From: Dudresnaya verticillata
Taxonomy: Eukaryota
DNA: 64,000 nucleotides
Direction of reading: 5' to 3'
Assembly (NCBI GenBank): GCA_977862235.1
Contig: OZ374563.1
Location: 434,001 to 498,000 of the forward strand
Part shown: positions 33,401 to 43,261 of the stretch, piece by piece
Layout: each line of letters opens with the position of its first letter
Numbering within the stretch: the stretch's first letter is position 1
Notes under the pieces: model-generated
Seen by the model: only the letters and a program-made list of their open reading frames with translations
The model's database searches: none
What the model was told of the DNA's origin: nothing
Translations under genes and position numbers: made by a program

Positions 33401-34918
33401 TGCAGTCTCGCGCTCCAGGGCGGCTTCTCCTGCGCTTACAGACTCTTGCAACGCCTTTTGCGCTTCTTCTTCGTGCATCTTCTTTAAACGTTCTATTTCT
33501 TCATTCGCAGCGCTCTTGGCCTGCTCAGCGGCCTCCGCCCTAGCCTGCCGAATGTCTTCAGCGTGAGCTATATCCAATTCCCTCACGGCCGCATCCCTCT
33601 TCGACAGCTCCGCTGACCTCTCGCTAACCAGCTTGTCCCTTTCCGCCAACTGGGTTTTTAACTTTTCAAGCGCATCTTCCAAGGCCTGAACGCGCTGGGA
33701 CTTCTCCTCCGAGCTTTTCTGAGTGGCGACCAAGGTCCCCTGAGCCGACTCCCATTCTTCACGTAGCTCAGCCATGGTGCGTGCCTTGTCCTCCAAAAGC
33801 TGGGAATTGCGCGAGTGCATCTCCTTCTTCTCGGTTCGCTCACGTTCCAGTATCTGCTGAAGTTGGTCACGCTCTTTCTCCAGACTTTTGTAGTCGGCCT
33901 CGTGGGTGGTGGCAACTCCCGTGGGGAGGTCGCGGGTGGGGTCGGAGGGCCCCTCTGATTCTGGGAGCTTGCTGCGTAGCTCAGAGTGCTCCTCGCGCAG
34001 ATTGTTGTACCAGGCGGCAAGCTGGTTGTAGGTCTGCTTAATCTTGGCAGCATGGGCGACATGGGCCGAGACTTTGCGCTCGGCCTCTGCGCGCTCGCGG
34101 TCTGCAACGACAAGCTGCTCCTCTAGGGACGCGATGCGGACATTGGAGGCTGCGAGATCAGCAGCCGGGACGGCGGTTTCGGCGTGACGGGTGGTCTGTT
34201 GAACAGCGTCATCGAGGCGGTCCGTGGCGCGTTCGAGGCGCTCGAGACGCCCCTCGCGCTCGCGGACATCCGCACGTAGGCGCTCGAGCTCGAGCGCGGC
34301 AGCGACCTCGTCCGTGTCAGACGAGTGCGAGCGCGGGGGCGGGGCGCGAGCGGGGGCAGGAATATCCGGCGGTGCGACGTACGGGGCGAGATGGTTTTCA
34401 CCGATGGCCTTGATGGATACTACGGCGCGCAGTTGCAGTCCTGGGGAAAGGTCGAGGACGGCCGGGAGGGTCTTGGTGGCGGCGGCGACGTGCTGGTTGA
34501 GAAAGTGGGCGATGTCAAATGCGGCGGCGGCGACGCGGGTGGGCTCCGAGGCGCCAGGGGCCAGGGAGCAAAGCTCCAGCTCTGTCTGCAGCGGCTCTGC
34601 CGGGTCCTCCGAGATGAAGGTGGGGCCGTGGCGGCGTACGCGTGCGTACAACGAGAGGCGGACGCGAAACGGGGCGGGCGGCGGGGCCGACGGGTCGACC
34701 GGGTGGGCGGACGAGGCCTTGACGACGCGGGCGGCGCGGCGCCAGCGCAGGACGTGCTCGACCGGGGGCGGCGCGAGCGAGGCGCCTGACAGCGACTCTG
34801 TGGAAAGCGTGAGGCGGACGTAGGTGACCGGGAGGTCGGTGGCGGCCGACGCGGCCGGGGTGGGTTGGGCGGGGCGCGCGGCGGCGCGGGCGCGCGAGGG
34901 CACGACGGCGGCGGCCAT
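30407..34918 (-). CDS. ~1500-aa coiled-coil protein with probable N-terminal NT-C2 (EEIG1/EHBP1-type) domain
   Basis: N-terminal beta-rich segment (YVRLTL...VLRWRR...RVAAAAFDIAHFL) followed by more than 1200 aa of Glu/Leu/Lys/Arg heptad sequence. Start inferred at ATG 34918. Confidence 0.75.
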   Translation of the reverse strand: MAAAVVPSRARAAARPAQPTPAASAATDLPVTYVRLTLSTESLSGASLAPPPVEHVLRWRRAARVVKASSAHPVDPSAPPPAPFRVRLSLYARVRRHGPTFISEDPAEPLQTELELCSLAPGASEPTRVAAAAFDIAHFLNQHVAAATKTLPAVLDLSPGLQLRAVVSIKAIGENHLAPYVAPPDIPAPARAPPPRSHSSDTDEVAAALELERLRADVREREGRLERLERATDRLDDAVQQTTRHAETAVPAADLAASNVRIASLEEQLVVADRERAEAERKVSAHVAHAAKIKQTYNQLAAWYNNLREEHSELRSKLPESEGPSDPTRDLPTGVATTHEADYKSLEKERDQLQQILERERTEKKEMHSRNSQLLEDKARTMAELREEWESAQGTLVATQKSSEEKSQRVQALEDALEKLKTQLAERDKLVSERSAELSKRDAAVRELDIAHAEDIRQARAEAAEQAKSAANEEIERLKKMHEEEAQKALQESVSAGEAALERETANLRDAHALEIANVRKQIEEEEQARHEQELASLQQEYDEKAQVAAQESGKAVQDLEAAVKTAEDKLQTVESEKSALEQSVTTLAKERETEVGTVEESHQKQLDELRGAKEDVEAQLRELEEAQSKERESVEVVTANATQRSESLQEELKTAREEIEALRKANEEANSSPRQVAVEENARTEAIEELEGENARLSGALKAERNKREDVVNLLGQADDEHDQLRAMITRLRSERNDAISELKRAKELVPDPNIRTGGGASQNSLSAEAEASSLLEERDKAIRELFRVRKGMNKEIKRLKKENQELADQLEDDSQPTVQASTDRALPESGDIAGVRGQRDAAISDLQKLQLELAALAGSQNRTSTEGDACTPVRLRIESLQSEMDVLKSRNHELEESLQTRNEEHRRDSESLQNERDNIQQELEQAKKSLQTSKTDLQATAQDVDELTARIAPLNTQIVDLKHSLGRTEQERDEDRQQASALRTELRSLKDSLEAAASSSSSTETLLQEAQREIAEGKAKIGLLESEVAELKEKTRARVETLEEEILRLESAVEEQVLSSRDLTSRLVQTEERSNEQCVRLQSERAEQDREASRLESLGQKLQSRNAALTSKLASERMLRTDAEKLLSEVEEKKLSLEDELNRLNAEGQSKSAAAVRLAAEKESAERVLSETQKRLEMAESRLAEQQAELSEVRERLRTVESSREFLQKEASEAGGKSLAISEELVTLRAELRETRGELQNASRSLDAEKQNSSGMISTLKDEKDATAAQLATVQLRLESTEDELRVIRESYGTLESVLQKVQEKATRLGRSATEKSKECSALGAELSEMKHESQQSRLRYETLAEQHQRTRDELSSVLKETGELQSENRSFSDRIRSLETEVGSMHQRLTFVQEENEESLESERAHAEREAKKAVELRKEVRSARAKAEALEAEVEQLRKSNVDLLNATKENGDSRDGEVLNDLINTRIELAYAQEETIRLRNKLKKLAQNGQGSSSFEY

Positions 34919-35410
34919 GCGGGGGGTGGGGGGTGGGTAGGGGGGCGGGGGTGGGGTGGGGGTGGGAGAGGGGGGACGGGGTGAGTGTAGCGCGGCGGGA
35001 CGCGCGGGTGGGTGCGTCGCGGAGGGTAAAGGGGCGGGACGGGCGGGCGAGGTCCTTGCTGGTTGGGCGCGCGGGCGAGGCGCGGCGGCTGACACGCAGC
35101 AGCGGCGCTGCGCGGAGTGCGGACGCGGGCGTCGGCTGTCGCGGCTGTCGTGGCGGTGCCGCGCGCATTTTATTGATTTTGCATTGTTTCCCGCCAGCGG
35201 GGCCGCGGCGGCGCTAAACGGGCCGCTTTTGCGGACCGGTTGCGGCCCGCTCGGCTTTACGAACAACTCCTTAACGGCCGACACGTTCCCCGCGCGCGCC
35301 TCTCAAAATAACGCCCAATCAACTCAACACCCCCTCGCACACCATCCGCGCACCATCCTCTCAACATGTGAATTTGCCCACACATTCCCCGCCAAGTGCA
35401 AGTGCCCCCT

Positions 35411-35428
35411 CCCCCCCCCCCCCCCCCC
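35411..35428. repeat. C18 homopolymer (G18 on the ankyrin-MYND sense strand, 3' UTR)
   Basis: Directly visible run about 14 nt past the stop at 35442. Confidence 0.8.
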
Positions 35429-35441
35429 GAGCCTCCCCCTC

Positions 35442-36983
35442 TCACGAATGTATCCGCATGCATGAGGTAAAGAATGTCAGAGGCATTGGAATGCTTCTTG
35501 ACACATCAATCTGCAACACATGACTGTCCAGTCTCCGCGCTGTCGCGTCTCTCTCTTCCGCCTCTTGCCACCGCGCCACAGCGCAGCTCATCAAGCTATC
35601 GATGCTCTCGCGCTTCAACAACTCCATCAGCTTGTAGAATGCTAACCGCCCCGCCCCCTCCTTCAAAAGCTGAACAGCGGGCCCTTCGCACGACCGAATC
35701 TCAATAGAGTCTAACGGCTCCGTCTCGTCAAAAGTCCCTCTGCAAATGAACACCACAAACCGTTTTCCAATCGTCTTAGCCTCGGGTTCCAAACGCGTTC
35801 CAAGCATCGCAAGCATATCCTCTTCTTCTGCGTTCAGCTTCACCCCGTCGAATCCGTTATCCTTCGCCGTCCCCATAAACCTTTCTCGCAGATCGGCACG
35901 GTTTTCGTAACATGTCATTGTATCCAACACAATGTCAACCCAGTATCCAGATGTCATACAAACCTCTTTATGCCCCCGCTTCCATGCTACTCGCTGACAC
36001 TCTTGAGAGCAATAGTAAGTTCCTCGACAAGCCGCACAGTACTTTCGGGAAGCCAATTCCCCGCAGTGTGAACATCTCTGAATGCACAGCTCCATCTCCC
36101 GTCGGAGACGTCCCCAGTACTCCCACGTATCAGCAGTTATATATAAGCTTTGAAACGGTGTTGCACCATTATTGTCTTCCAGCAATGTGTTCACATCTGC
36201 AAAAACCAGCTGCCTCAGCGCCGCGTGATTCCCACAATCGAGCGCGCATGAGAGTGGACACCCACCAAACCTTGTCTTAGCATCAGGATCCCCACCAAAT
36301 CTTACCATCTTTGTTATTAGGTGTGCCGACTCTTCCGAGCCAAGTCTACCAGCTAAAAGGCATATCGCCGTGTAGCCACAAATATCTCGAGCATTCACTC
36401 GCGCTCCTGCCTGTAACAATATTTCTGCTACATCTGCATACCGATCACTTTCCGGCCTCTCGCTCACATACTCAGGCAAAGAAGCCTTTGCCAAACCACC
36501 GGCACCGATACAGCACAGGTGAAGAGCAGAAAAGCGCATCAGCGAAATTCTTCGTTCCAGAAGAAGTGTCAGTGCCTCTGTTTCACCATGGCCTACTCTT
36601 TTCTCAGCTTCACTAATCGCAGAATGCACTTCCTCAACAGCTCCCAAGAAGCACGCATGATAAAATGATGCCTCTTTCCGAGTGATTTCCTTGGGGAGAT
36701 TGAGAAAAGTGAGCCAAGATTTCTGCAAAGGCAGTTGAGCTTTGGCGTTTCGTCTCGCAGCCGCAACACGATCTCGAGCTCTTAGTTTAACCATTGACGG
36801 AGAAGATGGATCAGGAATGGGACTCTGATCACCATCCCCGAATGGGTCATTCGCAGATGCTCTTGACACTTCGCAAACAGCTTTCTGCTGTACACTTGTC
36901 AGTGGTTCACTAACCTCGGATAATGCCTTCTGGAGCTTTTTTTCTCGAGAGTCAAGCTTGTGCACTCTTGTTTTCTTGACCAT
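35442..36983 (-). CDS. Ankyrin-repeat and MYND zinc-finger protein
   Basis: Ankyrin-like LLQAGARVNARDICGYTA, GGDPDAKTRFGGCPL and DNNGATP. MYND CSHCG...YCAACRGTYYCSQECQRVAWKRGHKEVC. Confidence 0.85.
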   Translation of the reverse strand: MVKKTRVHKLDSREKKLQKALSEVSEPLTSVQQKAVCEVSRASANDPFGDGDQSPIPDPSSPSMVKLRARDRVAAARRNAKAQLPLQKSWLTFLNLPKEITRKEASFYHACFLGAVEEVHSAISEAEKRVGHGETEALTLLLERRISLMRFSALHLCCIGAGGLAKASLPEYVSERPESDRYADVAEILLQAGARVNARDICGYTAICLLAGRLGSEESAHLITKMVRFGGDPDAKTRFGGCPLSCALDCGNHAALRQLVFADVNTLLEDNNGATPFQSLYITADTWEYWGRLRREMELCIQRCSHCGELASRKYCAACRGTYYCSQECQRVAWKRGHKEVCMTSGYWVDIVLDTMTCYENRADLRERFMGTAKDNGFDGVKLNAEEEDMLAMLGTRLEPEAKTIGKRFVVFICRGTFDETEPLDSIEIRSCEGPAVQLLKEGAGRLAFYKLMELLKRESIDSLMSCAVARWQEAEERDATARRLDSHVLQIDVSRSIPMPLTFFTSCMRIHS

Positions 36984-38062
36984 TGTGCGGGAGGAGAGAG
37001 ATATCGAATGGTTCGCTTTCAGGAAGGCGAAGCAAGCTCGACTTTGTAGGTAGAAGGGCACACGATGGCAACTCCTTCGTTTTAAGACGACCTTCAACGT
37101 TGCCCAAACACTTTAACAGTCAATGGGAAATCGTCCAGCCAGGACTTGTGCCAAAAGGCCTTTGCGATACTCTCTGGAATCGCAGTATGAACGACGAACG
37201 CATGTGTGCACATCATGGTTGCTTCAGTCTTTCGTGTCACTTAATGAACATATTTAGTGGTATCTGAAGTCTGAGACTGACATGAAGCTATTAGTACGGA
37301 GGCTAGGTTTCGTTTCTGTTCTTGGAAACTGGATGACGCTCAACGAATGTGTTAAATACAGTTTGTCAGTCTCATTTCAATACACACACCACCCCCCGTG
37401 GTCGTGGAGGAGGGGATTAAACTTAAAAAAGCTGGTCATTGTATGAGCTGTTGTGTTGTTGTAACAACTGTCTATTTGTGGGAGGCTCTGAGAGAATCGT
37501 TCAGTGAATGCTAAAAATGTGAAATAGGCAATCAAAACATCATAGAGACTCGTTTTCCTGTTCCTCTGTCAATTCGGGAAATCTGTACTATGGGAGGGGC
37601 TTGACAGGACACTCTGTGTAGCGAGTGCTGACTTGTTCTCTATTTTGTGTCATATTATGTCGCCAATCTGGAATGATGTATTACAGGTCGACGTCGAAGA
37701 AGCTATTCAAGTTTGGCCAACTTTGGTGGCTTCTGTCCTGGCTAGCTGTTTGAAGCAACATGAAGAGCCACTAAGGAAGCTTCACTCCAGGAGTTTCTCA
37801 GTAAGGTTGTCAACGCTTTTTGTGTGCCTTAACGTCGGTGCTCTGCATTGTAGGAAAAGCTGACAGGGTGCTCGCCCGAAACACCGCTGAACTACGGGTC
37901 CGGGAAGACCTGAAATCCACGTCAAAAAAGAATGCCGCAATTCCGCGACTGGCAAGTCAAAAAGAAACCTTCAGAGCACGTCAGCCCTCCAACGTCAGCT
38001 ACACACCTTGCCGCCATGGGCTACTTCACTATCCATCGGCCGATGTTCCGCTCCGGTCTGCG

Positions 38063-41000
38063 ATGACCACGCAACCAGCACCACTAGGTACTGGCTGCGA
38101 CATAAGAAGCCGGTCGGTCGGTATGTCCTTCCGCCTGCGCCACCGGGGCAGCTTCGATCCAGAGGCGGTCACAACGGCCCTGCGCCTACGCGCCTTGCGT
38201 CTGGAGAGCCCACGGGAGTGGGATTGGGCCTGGCCGCTGCATCTGGCGGAGCCGATTCCACCATCTGCATCGAAAGCCGCTGTGAACAGTGCGTGGGTAT
38301 CCGCTGTGCGCACTGTTGCCGTTTCTGACGATGCGAAAGCCATCGCCTTTGTGTCCCGCGATGACGGTCGCGTTGCACTACTTACAAGGCGCTCTGAGCC
38401 AGAAATGGCCTGTACGTCGTTGTTGGTTCCAGCTCATGTAGATCCGCTTCCGGTTGCTACGTCGGTTGCTTTTTTCAGCATGACTATCAATGCGGACGCA
38501 ATTGCTCCGCAACCTTTTGTTGCCGTGGGGTATGCTTCTGGGAACATTGGCATATTTGAGGTTGACACTGCCATACTGCTAGCTGTTACGCGGCCGGTTG
38601 CAGACATGCAAGTTCGCCGCCTTCGCATCTATCCGGCCTTTCATCTCTTGACCGCAGCAGAACAATACCCGGCTGTATCTTCAAATTCTGGCCTGTTCGC
38701 GGTGCTTGCGTGGTCGGGAACTTTCGCGCGTCTCTCGTTGACAGAACTGGGTTTGCTGCTTTCTCAAGCGCGTTCTACGGGAAGAATCGCCGTTGACCAA
38801 CGAGGGGCTGGCTGGGTTGTATGGAAAACCTCTGTGCAAGACGCGGTGTTGGATGCGGCTGTTTGCGGATCAGATCCTAGCTCCATCTGCGAGATGGACA
38901 TCGCCCCACCGGAGGCACCGTTGCGAATTGCTGCTGCCGGTGTCAACCCCGCGCTTGCGGCATTCACAGTTACTGCTGACCCGGCATTTTCTGCGCGTGA
39001 CGTTGCAAAGCGTGCGGCTTCATCGGTCTTTTCGGCGGCTCGTGGGTTTCTTCTATCGCGCATCACATCAGTAGTAGAACCTGCATCTGCGTCGGCAGAG
39101 GAAGAACGCAAAGCAGTCACAGGTGTTACGCGCTTCAGCACTTCATGGGCGGATAACGCCGGATCTGCACAATCGCTGATCAATTTTGGAGACGTGCGGG
39201 ATACTGCACGAAAGTCAGTGAAGGCTGTGCTCACTGGAGGACGGAAGCCGATGGACGTCGATGCAGCAGCCGCGACAGAGAGCCATCGAAGAAGCTCTCA
39301 AGGATCCGGACATCGGGATCAAGCACACGCGAGGTTGGAACGGCAGCCAGAAGGAGGGTTGTCAGGTGACACCAGGAATGACAGATTTTCAGAGAGCATG
39401 TTCTTGCGACAGCGTTCTGGTTTCAACGGGGAGGATGTGGTACAGATCGCGAAACTGCCACAGAACGCACGGGTTATCGAAAGACTAGCTGCTGCACCGT
39501 TGCCGTGTAGCCTGCTTGCAACTTCCGACACTCTGGGTCGGATATTTGTGCAGGATTCTAGAGACTTGTGTGTCCTCCGGATTCTGAAGGGCTATCGTGA
39601 GGCTCAGGTAGCTTGGCTTGCCCAGGGAGGCCCACTGTTGGCAGTATACGCACCTCGTTTAAATGTTTTGGAACTGCACGGACCACTGGATGTTAAGAGA
39701 AAGGTTGCTTTTCGCTTACTGCCGGGCTCCATGTTGGTACAATCGACGACACACCGTGTGTTCTGCGTGTCTCCCAACGGAAGGCTTCATGAATTGATGA
39801 GGGCAAGGAAAGAGCAGGCTGGCAACCGGAATATTCCCTCCTCAATCTCTCAAGGCTCTCTCTATGCACAGAATAGGGGTCAACGGCCAGGTGCGTTCAA
39901 GATGAACGAAGACGCCAGCGTTGTCCTCAGAGACGACGAGTTAGGCGAGAGCTTGTCAGACGCAGCTGCAGCAGATTACGAGTTGGTAGGTGTGTTCTTG
40001 GAAGCAGTGAAACGAGGACAGACAAGTACTGCAGTTGATTGCCTGCAAAAGGTCGAGTCCTCGGTGGTTAAAGTGGCGCATTTGATGGCCAATTTGGTTA
40101 CTTGTGCCGAGTATATCCGAACGGAGGTTCATGTAGCACTCGCGGGGAAGGCGTCACAAGTAGCCGCTAATGTAGGCCAAAAAGATTTGGTTTCGCGTTT
40201 TGAGGCTCATGGGCGACTTGCAGAAGCGTTTGCCTTGCTTGCTGCTGAGGCGATCCCTGGGGACACTGAGTTGGAAAAGAAAAGGTTGTCAAGGTATGGA
40301 CATCGGCTTCTCGAAGATGGGTCAGGTGCCGGACTGGCAGAGTTTGCTGTTGAAGAAATGTCCATCGCAATGGCATTGGCGGGGGGAAAGAAAAGAATGA
40401 GATCAAGTTCTTCCGCAGATGAAATGGTTAACTGTGAGCGATTCATTCTTTCACACGCCTTGGTTCCGTCTACCGACCTCCGCACAGACCTTGACTATAC
40501 ACTGGCGCCTCGACGAGGCCTGTCTGCACCTGAAAAGGTATGGTTGTCTAGGGCATATTTCGCGAGGTTGCTGGAAGTCGACTCGGCGGGAGTGCCCACA
40601 CAAGGTCGAGAGCATCCAACCACGCGCGATATTTTCCTTGCTCTCACAGACTTTGTGGGGTTGAGCTACGAAGAGATTACTAAGCAATTCGCAACTTATA
40701 TACTCAATGCGCCCCTTCTGGCGCTTCTGAATACCCACGTTGCTATGCATGCTTCACCAATTCGCTGTGCACTCGGTCGCATTCGAGGTCGATTCCCTCT
40801 TGCAGTCGTAGATCCAGTGCTGATGGAGGAGTGCGAGACAAGCACTCGAATCCCTAATGCGACTTTGTTGATGCGCCTATGCTCTCAGGATGAGCGTCTG
40901 CGCTCCTCTAAACAGGAGGATGGTGTGTTCGCTGGGTCGTTGAATAGACTTGAAGAAGTATTGCTCTATCGGAAACTGATTGCCGATTCAGAGATACCAA

Positions 41001-41848
41001 GGACTCTTTTCGAGGGGTTCACGGGGAGAAAGTGCACAGGAGTCCCTGGAGACGCTGAACGACAGGCAGTGAGAAGTCTGATAGAGTGGAATGATTTCAA
41101 TCGTGCTTCAAAAATCCTCACAGGACTGGAAGTCTCCAACAAACGACAAAGCCTCGAGTGGCATGAATCTGCTTCTGTGAGCGAAGCAGCGCTGCATGCT
41201 TGCAGAAAGAAGAGCATTTCCCTGATGGCTGAAGATAACTCGGCTGTGATTCCTGCCAGTGTCGTGGCGTGGGTACGTGCTGCAGAGGCAGAACAACAAC
41301 AGCCGGAGTGGGAACATCTAATTGAGGAGAATGGTGAAGATGTTTTAAGGCAGTTGCGTGCTGTTCTTCTAAGCGCTCACCCATACTTTCCAGATTCATC
41401 CGTTGATGCTGTGCGGTGCCTCCAACTAGCTGAGGCAATGTCAGCCCTTATTGAGCTCGAGGTTACGAGCAAGGCTAGAGAAGGCGGGTCAGCAACCGCG
41501 GCACAGGGAAATACTGACAAGGCAACTGGGGATGGAATTCACGAGAAAAGTCAGAGGGTAGATGATGTTGACAACTTTCGTCCGGTACCCACCGTCCCTC
41601 ATGAATCTCAGGACGGGTCTGATATGGCTGATATGCTTGCAGTTCCAGTCGTATCCCAAGATCCTTCAGAGATGGACGTGGATGACGCTATTGACGTTGA
41701 TGCGGATGATGTCGTGGGCATTGACGCGGGTGACGTCATTGTTGTCGAAGATGATGGCTGCGACGAGGTGTTTTTTGACTTGCCATCTGCTCCTCAAGAT
41801 GGGCCTGTCGATAGGGGAGGCAGCTCGGAAAGGAGGAAAGAGGACTAG
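38063..41848 (+). CDS. RAB3GAP2: Rab3 GTPase-activating protein non-catalytic subunit-like
   Basis: VAVGYASGNIGIF, ATSDTLGRIFVQD...LRILKGYREAQVAWL and LAVYAPRLNVLEL resemble the RAB3GAP2 N-terminal propeller. Start uncertain (38063 or 38123). Confidence 0.8.
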   Translation: MTTQPAPLGTGCDIRSRSVGMSFRLRHRGSFDPEAVTTALRLRALRLESPREWDWAWPLHLAEPIPPSASKAAVNSAWVSAVRTVAVSDDAKAIAFVSRDDGRVALLTRRSEPEMACTSLLVPAHVDPLPVATSVAFFSMTINADAIAPQPFVAVGYASGNIGIFEVDTAILLAVTRPVADMQVRRLRIYPAFHLLTAAEQYPAVSSNSGLFAVLAWSGTFARLSLTELGLLLSQARSTGRIAVDQRGAGWVVWKTSVQDAVLDAAVCGSDPSSICEMDIAPPEAPLRIAAAGVNPALAAFTVTADPAFSARDVAKRAASSVFSAARGFLLSRITSVVEPASASAEEERKAVTGVTRFSTSWADNAGSAQSLINFGDVRDTARKSVKAVLTGGRKPMDVDAAAATESHRRSSQGSGHRDQAHARLERQPEGGLSGDTRNDRFSESMFLRQRSGFNGEDVVQIAKLPQNARVIERLAAAPLPCSLLATSDTLGRIFVQDSRDLCVLRILKGYREAQVAWLAQGGPLLAVYAPRLNVLELHGPLDVKRKVAFRLLPGSMLVQSTTHRVFCVSPNGRLHELMRARKEQAGNRNIPSSISQGSLYAQNRGQRPGAFKMNEDASVVLRDDELGESLSDAAAADYELVGVFLEAVKRGQTSTAVDCLQKVESSVVKVAHLMANLVTCAEYIRTEVHVALAGKASQVAANVGQKDLVSRFEAHGRLAEAFALLAAEAIPGDTELEKKRLSRYGHRLLEDGSGAGLAEFAVEEMSIAMALAGGKKRMRSSSSADEMVNCERFILSHALVPSTDLRTDLDYTLAPRRGLSAPEKVWLSRAYFARLLEVDSAGVPTQGREHPTTRDIFLALTDFVGLSYEEITKQFATYILNAPLLALLNTHVAMHASPIRCALGRIRGRFPLAVVDPVLMEECETSTRIPNATLLMRLCSQDERLRSSKQEDGVFAGSLNRLEEVLLYRKLIADSEIPRTLFEGFTGRKCTGVPGDAERQAVRSLIEWNDFNRASKILTGLEVSNKRQSLEWHESASVSEAALHACRKKSISLMAEDNSAVIPASVVAWVRAAEAEQQQPEWEHLIEENGEDVLRQLRAVLLSAHPYFPDSSVDAVRCLQLAEAMSALIELEVTSKAREGGSATAAQGNTDKATGDGIHEKSQRVDDVDNFRPVPTVPHESQDGSDMADMLAVPVVSQDPSEMDVDDAIDVDADDVVGIDAGDVIVVEDDGCDEVFFDLPSAPQDGPVDRGGSSERRKED

Positions 41849-41990
41849 ATTGAAAACAGAGCTGCTCCAATACCCGTGTACTTACTAACTTTGTACATAA
41901 AACTCTATAGATAGGGATAATTCTGAGTCTGCACTTTTCCGAATTTGCGACACCAGGTGGGACCAGGTCTGCAGTTCAGTTCATGAAAGT

Positions 41991-42875
41991 CTACACAGCT
42001 GCAACTGCTCTCTCATTCAAAATAGACTCAGCGATATTCATATCTTCTGGCGTGGTGAGCTTAATGTTGGTATATTCACCCATCGTAATCTTCACTGGCT
42101 CTCCGAGCTGCTCTACAATCGAAACATCATCCGTTACCTCGAGATTCTCCGTCTTCACCTTCTCGAACCCTCTCTTCAGAAGCTCTAGCTTCACGACCTG
42201 TGGAGTCTGAATCTCCCAGAGTCGCTTCCTTTCAATAGTGCGCAAAACAAACTTGCCGTCTGCACTTTCCTTAATTGTTGCTTTACTCGGTACGCCGAGC
42301 ACTGCAGCGCCGTGCTTCAACCCGTCTCTCATGACGTCACGAACATTATCAGCAGTGACCAGGGGCCGGGCGGCATCGTGTATGCAAACTATGCTTGCCC
42401 CATCATTTACAGCGGAGAGCCCGTTGTAGACGGAATCCTGGCGCTCCTTCCCAGGGTCGGCGAATGTGAGGGTGGCGCCGAGCTCCCTAGCAATGTCCGC
42501 AAAGTCCGAACGGTACCCCTCGGCGACAACGACAACAAGTTGCGACACTTCCGGCATCGAAGCGAACAGTGCGAGCGAGTGATGCACAACGGGGCGTCCT
42601 GCCAGTGGGAGGAATTGCTTTGGGCGGTCCGCCTTCATGCGAGAGCCGGAGCCGCCTGCCAGAAGGACAACGGCGGCATTTTGTATGGGTGCTGAGGCAG
42701 ACGCAGTAGAGCTGGTCCTGATTTTCGTAAGAGATGTTGAGCGAGGTGGGCTGACCCGGCGTAGAGCGTTCTTCGAGAAAGAGGCCGCAGATTTGTTTAG
42801 GCGGCACACCGATGCCAACGGCCTTGAACTCAGGGCTGGAAGCGCTGCTGGCGTTGCGAAGGCCGAGGTCTGCAT
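41991..42875 (-). CDS. ispD: 2-C-methyl-D-erythritol 4-phosphate cytidylyltransferase, plastid-targeted
   Basis: LLAGGSGSRM, PKQFL, GKERQDSVYNGL, IHDAARPLV, IQTPQ, VTDDVSIVE and NIKLTTPED. Transit peptide MQTSAFA. Confidence 0.96.
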   Translation of the reverse strand: MQTSAFATPAALPALSSRPLASVCRLNKSAASFSKNALRRVSPPRSTSLTKIRTSSTASASAPIQNAAVVLLAGGSGSRMKADRPKQFLPLAGRPVVHHSLALFASMPEVSQLVVVVAEGYRSDFADIARELGATLTFADPGKERQDSVYNGLSAVNDGASIVCIHDAARPLVTADNVRDVMRDGLKHGAAVLGVPSKATIKESADGKFVLRTIERKRLWEIQTPQVVKLELLKRGFEKVKTENLEVTDDVSIVEQLGEPVKITMGEYTNIKLTTPEDMNIAESILNERAVAAV

Positions 42876-43261
42876 GTTGTTCCCTTGCGTACGTATACGA
42901 TTTCAGATGCTGGAGTAGGTTCCAGAGGAAGGGCACGGGTTAAGCTCGGTTCAAGAAGCGATCGACAAGCCCTTTAGAATGGGCCTCTGACGGTCTAGCG
43001 CGTTGAGGCATGGCGATGATTGGGATTCAATCTCCTGTTCTGAGATCGATTGACGCCATGATGACATTAGTTTTGCCATGGTGCCTGCTTTCAGTGCCAT
43101 TCCGAGAATTCTCTGACTTCTAATCAACGAAATTTGATCCGAGTACTCGCGCCATTTGCCTTGTGGGCCGTCTACTTTGCTCTCTGCTCCTGCACGACAA
43201 GCTCTAAGAGCGAGCTATCTTCTCGTTGGAATTGTTCTCAAGCCACTCGATACCACAAGCA

